A stretch of 62,866 nt of DNA, filler included, from Sluysia triapertura (lineage: Eukaryota), in the NCBI GenBank assembly GCA_046118255.1. It is 5 parts of 5 records of this genome, joined end to end, with 100 filler letters (N's around TTAATTAATTAA, not from the genome) between each part and the next. Parts side by side here need not be neighbours in the genome. Positions count along the whole stretch, not along the records: positions 51,501 to 62,866 come from JBJNIA010185535.1; 4 more parts are not named here. The stretch is one strand, 5' to 3'. A program made the translations under genes and the position numbers. A model generated the notes under the pieces. The model was not told where the DNA came from, searched no databases, and saw only the letters and a program-made list of their open reading frames with translations. Positions 53,001 to 62,866 of the stretch are shown piece after piece (position 1 is the stretch's first letter; the number at the start of each line of letters is the position of its first letter).

Positions 53001-56000
53001 AATTAAATTATTAAGTAATTATCATTACAGGAAAAATAAACGTAGCTAGCTACAGCTTTGTACTAATTTTCATTTGTTGTAAAATAATAAGTTTCACTAT
53101 TTGTTTTTAGATTAAAATTTGCTTTACAAACCATTCAATTCGAGAGTATTAATAACTTTCATTCTTAAACCTAGAGCGGATTTTTGTACCTCGTGAAAAA
53201 ATAAATTAAATAAATGCAAAACATCTAAGGAATCTTTAAATACAATTATAACTAAAAGGGAATAAAAAATCTAATAACCACTTTGTAAATATAAAAAACT
53301 GAAATAAAATAAAACGAAGGAAGCAGATATAAGAATATTTCGCGCATAAATAGATTACTAATCAAATGTCAGTATATTTAAATCTATAATTTTATTTAAA
53401 CGGAAGTTAATAAATAAATACTAACAAGCACAAACTTACAAGTAACTAGAAATTAAATTACTGTGAATATCCACTATAATATGGCTAAACAAAGATAAGG
53501 GAAAATATAGTATAATATATACAGATGAAATTGCCCACAATATATGAAAAAATTAAGTGATACATTTATTAAGTTGTATTTATTAGAGCGTTATTCTATT
53601 ATAAAACGTGATATAATTGAAATGATGGTTTAATTCGAAAATTATTCATTTGACAATTAATAAAACGGTACAATGAAAGGAAATGGAGAAGGAAAATCTT
53701 ATTCGAAACACCAAAGTAAATCAATATCAAATTGTCAAAATGCACTATGAACCCGTATTTATCAATTTATTTTCAACAACTTTATTTTTGAATATATTTG
53801 GATTTTATAAGATGATTATTTTGAATATTTGACCATTTATATATATTCTAATTTTATATTTATTATTGGAAATATTTATTTTTATTTAAAGTAAGAAATT
53901 ATATATTGTTAATTAAAAAATAAAAAAATTACATATGAATTTTTGCAAACTAATATATTAAACTAACGTAATAAATAAATTTTAATATTTTGTTTCAATA
54001 AACTAAATTTTAATCTTTTGTTTTAATCTGAAGGTCAGATTAAAAAACTAGTATAAATAAATTCAAATTTTGTAAACAATAAACAATGTTTTTACATTTT
54101 CTCAACACAATTTTTTTAACATAATTTCGTGGCTTACGTTTTTGGAACCAACTTGCTGTTTAAGACTTTTTGTTGTTGCTTTAGTTTTATTATTGTAAGA
54201 TACGATATTAAATAATACTTCAAATCTTTTTATTAAACATTTGGATCTCGGTAAATTCACTGTATCATCTAAGATATCCCTTCAATTGAAACCGTATCTC
54301 TTGCATTACATGATCTGAAATAAAGTGATCTTTTACTTTCAAAAAATTAAAGATTTGTATCAAATATAAAATTATTATCAAAATTGAATGAGAAAGCAGT
54401 TTTATACAAAAGTAGTACATTGCCAAAGCGTTAGTATAATGTCCAATGGATACAGATTATTATAAAATTAAATTTGTTAGAAAATTAAATATTTATTCGA
54501 GGTAAGATAATCACAATGAGGATTTTATGTAATAAAAATTGAATAATTATTGGCTTGTAATTCGTGAACAAGAAAAAAATGTTATATAAGCAACAAAATA
54601 TTGTTTGTTTATGAATATGTTACATTTTTTTATTTGTGAATATTTCAAAATAGATAGAAATAAATAGAAAATTTGTGAAATTATGGAAGTTGTGAATATT
54701 TCGTAGAAATAATAAAAATTATTTTTTTGCTATTGAGAATATAGAAAACTAGAAAAATAATTTTATAAGTTATAATAACATTTTCCAAGATGTTTAACAT
54801 GTTTAAAATACATATTATGGATATAAAATTTGATTTTTTAACATTAATTTAATTTGTATATCAAAAAAGTAAAGCAAAATACATTTTATTCATTTTACAT
54901 AAGCCCTAATTTAAATAAGTAAAATAAAATGAAGTAAAATCAAATTAAAACAAAAGAAAAAAATGCAATATTTCATTAAAATTATTAACAATTTTTATAT
55001 TGTTAAAATTGACAATAATATTTCTTAATACATTTTGAAATGTGATTTTTTTTCTAACAAATTTTTATTATCACAAAAGAATTATAACCGAATACATAAT
55101 TGAAATTATATTCTGATACACACAGTAGAAAATATAAGTTAATTGACTTTTCTGATGTGAAGTGTTCGATAATTTGATAAATATTTGATTAAGCACTTAG
55201 CAAGTTTAGAGAGTTCACTTTTTGTAATGTTTTCAAAAGAAATTCCGATACAGCAGAACTATGTTTATTATTATTTTTATTATTATTAATATTAATATTA
55301 CTATTATTATTATTACTCTTATTATTATCGTTATTACTATATTTTTTGTTATACCTTTTATAATAATTAAAAAATCAAAGCTCACATTCAAGAATTATAG
55401 TTGTGTTGTAGTCTGATACCATTGCAAATCTGTAAAATTTAAACCACACAGATATAGATACAAATTTATGATTCATTTTTGTTTAATTTTACTCTAAATT
55501 AGTTGTTAAATTAATTTTTGGAAAATTAAAACAAATCTTATAATAACGGCGTATACATTTTTTTATTATTTGTACTGTGTTGATTAGAAATTTTACCAAA
55601 TTTAGATATTTATTTGTGCCATATTTTAGTAAGATTCATGATATTAATAAAATAATGTCATCGATATTTGAGAGAACATGTTTATCAAGATTTTATCATT
55701 TTGAAATGTTCATGTTAGAATAATTTACGACTAACATTCTAAATGCTGGGTTTTTTCTTAATATAAAAACCTAACTTACAGCAAAATAGTTTATTATTCT
55801 GAGTCCGTTTACAGTATACGACTTTCTAATGGCGTATCCGTAAAATTACGTGAAAACAATTATTAAGAGTATAACAATACTCTTTGCCTTAACTTAACAA
55901 TAGTGGGCAAAATCGCTTGATACTGGATAACTTAAAAAGAAAATAATTATGACCAACGCTAGCGTCTGTAAAAACCAAATTAATAATATGTGTATAGAAA

Positions 56001-57277
56001 CATGTTTTCTAGATCTTCAATTCTTAATTAAATATTAATATAATGATCGTAATATGAAGAATATAAACATGATTTGTGTTACAATATTTACGTAAAAAGA
56101 ATTATAATAAAATAAGACTTAAAGGGTTTAAATTTTATTATACAACAACTAAAAATAAAAAATATTATTGTTAATTTATAAGAACTCGAAACGCAATGAT
56201 TAATACTAACAAATAATAAAACTATAATAATGATAAAATTTAAGTTATAATAAAGGTCTAGCCGAGAGACTCTACCTTTGTAATAATGATTTTATAATTG
56301 ACCTTAATGGCCAACTAAAGATCAGAGAATTTATATTTTAGATTGATTTCATGATTGGCCTTAAAAACCAACCGTAAAATTTAATATTTCAAATTTTAAT
56401 ATGCAAATTTTAACTCAAAAAATGAGTATTCAATCTATATATAACGAACTTACTAATTTAATTAATAAAATCGTAAATCGATCTCCGGAATTATTCGAAT
56501 TGTACCACTGATGCTCGGAAAGTGTTATCCCTCTAATCGAATGTGCGGGATTTACGCAATAACTTGAAAGAATTGGAGAATTGTTGGATTATGAAACATG
56601 CGTAATGGACGTGAAAATGTCGACAGTGATCAAACTTTGTCCGCTTTATAAAACAAAATGGCGAATTGTAATTACTAACTTTAACAAATGGCTTCTTTAT
56701 TAAACTAATGGCGTCTTTCTTTATTTGTGTTTCTTTATATAGTTTTTGTATAGATATTTAAAATTTTGATTTAATAAAACAATTTAATTTCGAGAAAATT
56801 CTTTTGAATTATTTGTTAAAGTAATTTTGTAATAATTTTAATTTTAATATAATTAGAATAATAATTTTTTAAATAATAATAACTTTAATAACTTTTTAAA
56901 ATATTTATAATTTTTTAGAATTTTTAAAATATAAAACATAAAACATAAAAAAGAAAAATTTTTAATTTTTAAAAAAATAATATTATTAAAGACAAAACAC
57001 AGCGATAATTTATTTTATGACAAACCAATAATACATAAATTGGAATATAAATTAGACTTTTATTGAAAATTTAAATTTCAATATTTTAACTGAGTTGGAA
57101 AATTAACTCAAAATCATAAATATAGTAGATGCTGAAGTGAAATTTAAGAGAAATTTAGAAAAAACAAGTTTGTCAATGAAATATGTCCAGTAGATCTCCA
57201 AGGATGTAATTAATTGAATTGTTTATGTATGCGCTAACTAATATTCTATTTTTAACTAATTTGTTTTTATAATTTAG

Positions 57278-58544
57278 TTGGAAATTAAGTGCGCGAGATT
57301 TACCAAAATCAGTACATCATAATGGTGGTGGTGATAGAAGTAATAAATTATTGAAATCTATATGTTGTACTTGCGCTGATCTGAATGCAACAGATAATGA
57401 ACAAACTGCTGTTGGAACAGAAATTGGAGTTGTATTTCTATGTCGAATCAGTTTTAACAAAAGAGGTTAAAATAATCTTAAAATTATAAAAATAATTTTA
57501 AAAATAATACTCAAAAAATTACTCAGATTATAATTTTGTATCAATTATAACAAGTTTATTCGATTTTGGTAACAAATTTAGTAATAAGTAACAATCAAAT
57601 TTAAATTTTTTATTAAATCGATTGGTACTACTGAGATAATCTGAATAAGTTTATTCGATTTTGGTAATAGATTTGACTGATTTTTATAACAAATTTAACT
57701 AATTGATATCCAATAACAATTTAATTGATTTAATTGCAACAATTTGATAAGCTAATTTTAAATTCGAATATTTTAATGGAAATTTCTTTTCATCATAATT
57801 GAATGTATTGTTGTACTTTATAAATTATTAACATATGATTATTACTCTAAATAAAATAAGTGTAATTTAGTTTAATTTTGATTTTCAAGGGATTGAGAAT
57901 AAAGTCATCGAATATTAATAAACGCCAATAGCAAAGAGTGAATTCTATCTGAGTATACTAAAATAAAGATAGATAATAAGAACTTAATAAGTAATAGAAT
58001 ATTTAGCACTTTCATCCTAAACAACTAGGACGAGTATTTGGAATTCAAACTTCCAGATAAGACAAGTACAAAGTACAAATATTATCAAAAGAGATTTATA
58101 TTTTATATTAGTAACCGAGGAAATATACAAGTTTTAGTAAAATTTAAGTGCATTTAAAATAAAATATACAAGAATTAAATTTCATACAATGTAACATTAA
58201 ATTTTACATGAAATTAACTGTGGGAAGAATTTAGACTCATGATAGAAAAGTTTTATAGAAAAGCTATATGTTAAATTTATTGTTAACATTAAAAGAAAAC
58301 ATCGGTTGTTAACAATTTTTTTATTTTTGTGTAATTTGCACTAGATTACTAACATTAATAATATAAAATCAATTATATTAATGATTATAATAACGCTTTA
58401 GAAGATTCTATGGAATTCAATAAGGAATTCAAAAGCCCTTTGGACTCAGTTATTACTTCATCTATCGGTTGTGTCCATGGAATTCAATGGAGTAAAACTA
58501 TCGCTAATATGATTGCTATTGCATCTTCAGAGGGAATTATTTAC
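57278..58544 (+). CDS. WDR34: WD40 protein, dynein-2 intermediate chain WDR34-like, internal exons 57278-57465 and 58402-58544
   Basis: The spliced frame WKLSARDLPKS...ICCTCADLNATDNEQTAVGTEIGVVFLC...EFKSPLDSVITSSIGCVHGIQWSKTIANMIAIASSEGIIY parallels WDR34 (LPRS...FILGTEGG...C...LRAP...[25 protein letters not shown]). Splice phases are compatible. Confidence 0.7.
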
Positions 58545-59838
58545 GTATGTTATAAAATTAATTTAATATTAATTTGATTTTATTTTAAATGATATGAACT
58601 AAAGAACTATAATTATTGTTTTATTAAATCAAAATGTAATTGCTGTGTCAATTATTTTTTAAATTCTTAAATTGGTTTGATAAAACAAATCATTTATTAT
58701 ATGATTTTTTAATATTGTTGAAATTAGCGATTCGAATTATGGTACGTAAAAATCTAGATAGTATCATTGCTGAATATGAATGATTGCGTGATTGTGTGCA
58801 TTTGATGTAATAACGTGTGTTCTTGTGTATTGTTTTAGAGTAGTACAGAATAATCTTGCATATTGTGCTTGTGTGTGTATGTTTTAATAATTTTTAGAAG
58901 TATATTAAATATCTTATCAGCTTATTTGACATTTACAAAAATTTCATATTATACAGTAATTTTAAATATATTTATAATATGTTATAAATATAGTTGTTAT
59001 AATATGTGTTTTTTATTCCTTTAAAATTATTCTTTACTGACCATAATTCGTAAATATAAATATAAGCAATTATAGACTTGACAAAAGTTTTATTTTTATT
59101 TCTCTTAAAATTATTCTGATTTAACTGTATAATCAATATCTTTTAATTACTTAAATTATCACAATAGTTTCAAACTCGTCTCAGAGTTAATTTTACTCTG
59201 TAATAATGTATACTTTAATCTGTTTATATATATTTACCTCTATTGGTTATTTATTGGTTATTGCCTATACATGCCATAATAAATTTACATCCATATTATT
59301 TTTATTCTATAATATACATCCTTTTTAGTGTTCATGGTTTTTCACTTTTATGGCATTGTTGTTTATTATATGCAGCTCTTTTCTAATAAGAATGATAAGC
59401 TCTATTGTTACTTATTTTTTTGAGCATATTTATGAATTGATTTTCCGATTTCTGAATTTATTAAGATTGTTAAGTCCTAGAGTAAAATTTTATTTATTAA
59501 TTTATAACTTTACAATAATATACATATTTTATTAAAAAAATGATTTTGTCATAAAAATATAAAAATAAATTCTGACTAAATATTTGTGAAACATTTGTGA
59601 AACAATCTGAAATAATATAATACATTTATTTACATGCTTTTACATAAAATCATCAAGTGTTAATAAATTGTGTCAGTGCCATTGATTTATTATTTTCCAT
59701 TCAGTATCGTTTATTAACATATCCAGCAAATGTTACCACTCTTGTTTTGTAGTTTATTGATATAACTTGGTTGCCTGATTTACTTGTTCTGTCAAGTTTA
59801 GTTTGATTTTTCGACAATGTTATTATTAGTTTCAAAGA

Positions 59839-59897
59839 TTAATCCTTTCGGTACGATCGGTATACATTTGTACTGAACATCGTCCCGAAAGGGTTAA
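59839..59897. mobile_element. Miniature piggyBac derivative
   Basis: TTAA-TCCTTTCGGTACGAT ... ATCGTCCCGAAAGGG-TTAA: 17/19 inverted match including the TTAA duplication. Confidence 0.75.
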
Positions 59898-62794
59898 AGT
59901 ATTACCGACCTTGTTTTATTGTTCATTAATTCACAATTTTGATTAATATTGTAATATTTCATTAATTTATTTGATTTGAGTTAAATAAAATTCCATCATT
60001 GTGAATTTTGTTGTCAATTATTTTATAAAATCTTTAGATAAAAATTCTTTTTGTTGAATTGAATAAAACCTGAATAAAAGTTCCATTGAATTTACCTTCT
60101 ACGTGATTGTACTAGGAATTGAGAAATAAGATCAAAAGAGTAGTGATTTCCATCTTTAGCGTCTAAGAGGAGATAATAGATAACTAATAAATTAAATTTA
60201 ATGTATACTCAATAAAATTACAGAGGAAGTCAAAATTAAAAGTAAAAAATCATCAGACTAAAAATTGAAACTGCAAATTTTAAAGGCTATTCTTTACATT
60301 GAATTAGTGTCTATAGTAGTAATATAAGGAACGAAGAAAGATAAATAGAGCTTACGATTTTCATATAAGGCATAGATAAAAAATTTTAAAAGCCCCCAAG
60401 TCTTATATTATTAAAAGTAAAATTCAAGAAAAATTAAAGACTAAAATTAGGAATTGACACGTAAAACTGATGAAGTCATCACACACACCATGATTATTTA
60501 TAAATCCCATTTATTAAATTTAACAACAACAAATAAAAGATTAATAAAATAATAATAAAATGTTTAATTTTGGAGATTGATCTTAAATTATAATTTTAAT
60601 TTGGGTTGATTTATATTGTGGTTATAGAAGACCGTGTGAAGGAAATTATTAAAATGTAAGAATGCATAAAGTTGCAAAAGTGTGATAATGAATGGTAATC
60701 TATTGTTTGATTATTTTTGGTTTTGATTGTACACAATAATTTTTAAAATCGTAAAATTAAAAAAAAATTTATCCAAATATTTAAATAATTTTAAATACTA
60801 CTTCAAACTTTATAAATACATTTTACACTGAAATAATTAAGTGTCATTAAATTCAAAATGTTCAAATTAAGATTAACATTGGTTAAATCGAAACTTTGTA
60901 AAAAGTAACACTATTATTTTACATATGACTAAGTATTAGTGTAATTAATAGTACTTTTATGTAGAATTTGTTTAGTTAACTATACATTAATTTATAATAC
61001 GAATAAAAATATTTCTAGCATTATGTAATCATGAATATAAAATTAATTTATTTATTGATATAACAAGTGTTTAAAATTTGAGCGGTTAATAAATAATAAG
61101 TCTAATTCTCTATTGGGTAATATACAACAAAGTCTTGTTTTTATTGCATGTTAATAAAGAACTTTTCGAAACTAATTTTTGAAGTGATTTTAATGAATAT
61201 TATTTTGTTTTTATTTACTTTTATTGTAATTAATAATATGTTTTAATTACATCACGTCTCAACTTCATTAAAGATAAATTTTTTTAATAGCTTATATAAT
61301 ATGGTTTTTAAAATGAATATAAACCTATTATAATATATTTTTATAATATATTTGAAATCAATTAATTTTATTTGAATATTTATAAAAAATAAATTCAACA
61401 CAAAATAATTGTTATCTGAATTAAAATGACTTCAAAATATCTTTTAGGTTACTTAATATAATAAGCCTAGTAATAATAATAATAATGGTAAGTTATTTTC
61501 ATTAGGGCGTAATGTCAATTATTTTCTGAGCGCAATTGCTAAATGATACAAATAGTGTATGAAATGTACTAATCGATACAATAATATTTATAAGAATTTA
61601 AAATTAAAATTTGCGATACTTTAGTGTTAATATTTGATGACGACATCGCTTTTGTTATTAATTTTGATTTCGAACAATACTTTGTTAATTCGACGGCGGT
61701 ATTTGTTATTGGTATTAATTTTCGATTATAACTGTTGGTAACATACGTTGGCATCCGTCCATTATTCGGTAACCGATAAGATCCAGCATCTACATAGCAT
61801 CCAGGTATTGTAATCCTAAGTTTGTAGGTTCTTCCCTTAAATAAGTTAAGGGCTAATACTAGTAGAAAAAAATAGTATCAAAATCATTATTAAAATCGGT
61901 TTTCATTTAGTTCATTAAGGGAATAATTGAAGGATAATTGGAAATATAAGTATTATAAGTAATTAAATGGAGATATATCTTGAATACACATAGGAACCTG
62001 AAATTAAAGTAACTATTATTAATTGAATAATACTAGTAGTTCTTAAAATAATATGTCAAATTAAAAAATCCTATAACAACGTCTTCCATGTAGACGTAAA
62101 TCGTTGATTATATGTGGACCCAGAAAATTTATTATTTTGTAAGATAGTTTCATTAGAGAAAACTAAATAAAATAAAAAATGTAATGAAATGTCTATAATT
62201 GGTTGTTTGAAAGCAAAATGTTATAATTATATCGAATGTTTGTTGTCTGAAAATAAATCGAACATAGTACTCAATACTCACAGCATTAAGTATTTAATCG
62301 AATGTGTAACTATTTTAAAGTTATGAAACAAATGATTGTGCTCAAATAAATTAAGGAAGTGTATCTCTAAACATTTTTTTAAAATGCTTTAAACGCATTT
62401 CTTTGCATTTGTAAAATATAAAAATTATAATATGAAATATAGTAAAAGCAACTGAAATAGCATTGTATTTATTTTGCAACTTAAAAGTATCAGAAAATGT
62501 TTCAAAAACTCAAAATATCGTCGTAAACACATTTAAATAACAAGAGAAAAATTCATCATATTTAATTATCTTCAAGAAAACAAATTCCAATAAAAAAATG
62601 GAAAATCCTCTAAAAAGTGAACACTAACAAACAAACACACCTAGCTATCAAGGCAGGTGTCACTGAATAAATTGCATAGTTGGAATTATAATATGAATTA
62701 TAAAACTGACAAAATACGTAGCCAAAATAATATATATTATAATTAGCTAACATTGTAGTGAGCCAAAGCCTTATCTTTAATATCGTTCAAGATG

Positions 62795-62866
<72 letters not shown>

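Noticed and set aside
53465-53550. ISTIIWLNKDKGKYSIIYTD, possible upstream WDR34 exon
   Set aside because: Flanked by in-frame stops with no usable AG/GT boundaries.
57550-57680. Direct repeat AAGTTTATTCGATTTTGGTAA ~95 bp apart; similar short repeats at 30430-30860
   Set aside because: Only two or three degenerate units in intronic or AT-rich DNA. Not a CRISPR array: eukaryotic context, no regular spacers, no cas genes.

Overview
Very AT-rich eukaryotic (probably invertebrate animal) genomic DNA with spliceosomal introns, (TAA)n microsatellites, five assembly gaps and many decayed mobile elements. Host genes are visible only as exons: the 3' end of an M14B carboxypeptidase (+, 28.9-29.6 kb), a low-complexity protein (-, 50.0-41.1 kb) and a WDR34/DYNC2I2-like WD40 gene (+, 57.3-58.5 kb). 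Mobile and viral remains include a pseudogenised chuvirus-like glycoprotein preceded by a ubiquitin-like domain (3.0-6.0 kb), several Tc1/mariner elements (one with plant-type Stowaway-like TIRs), LINE RT fragments, a tRNA-derived SINE and a tiny piggyBac derivative. The most unusual signal is a dispersed cassette family. Two very diverged but collinear paralogues of an unrecognised, intronless ~525-555-codon gene (8528-10102 and 17438-19107, both -) each follow the same architecture: a strand-biased terminal module starting TGTGGTGRCCAAC, then an inverted-CCAAT promoter-like block. A second module ending in the hairpin TGTTGGGATTGCC occurs three times. At 33.3-36.4 kb these two termini bracket an intronless KLHL10-like BACK/Kelch fragment fused in frame to an IQSEC-like Sec7 fragment. 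All family assignments come from by-eye motif recognition; no database searches were run.
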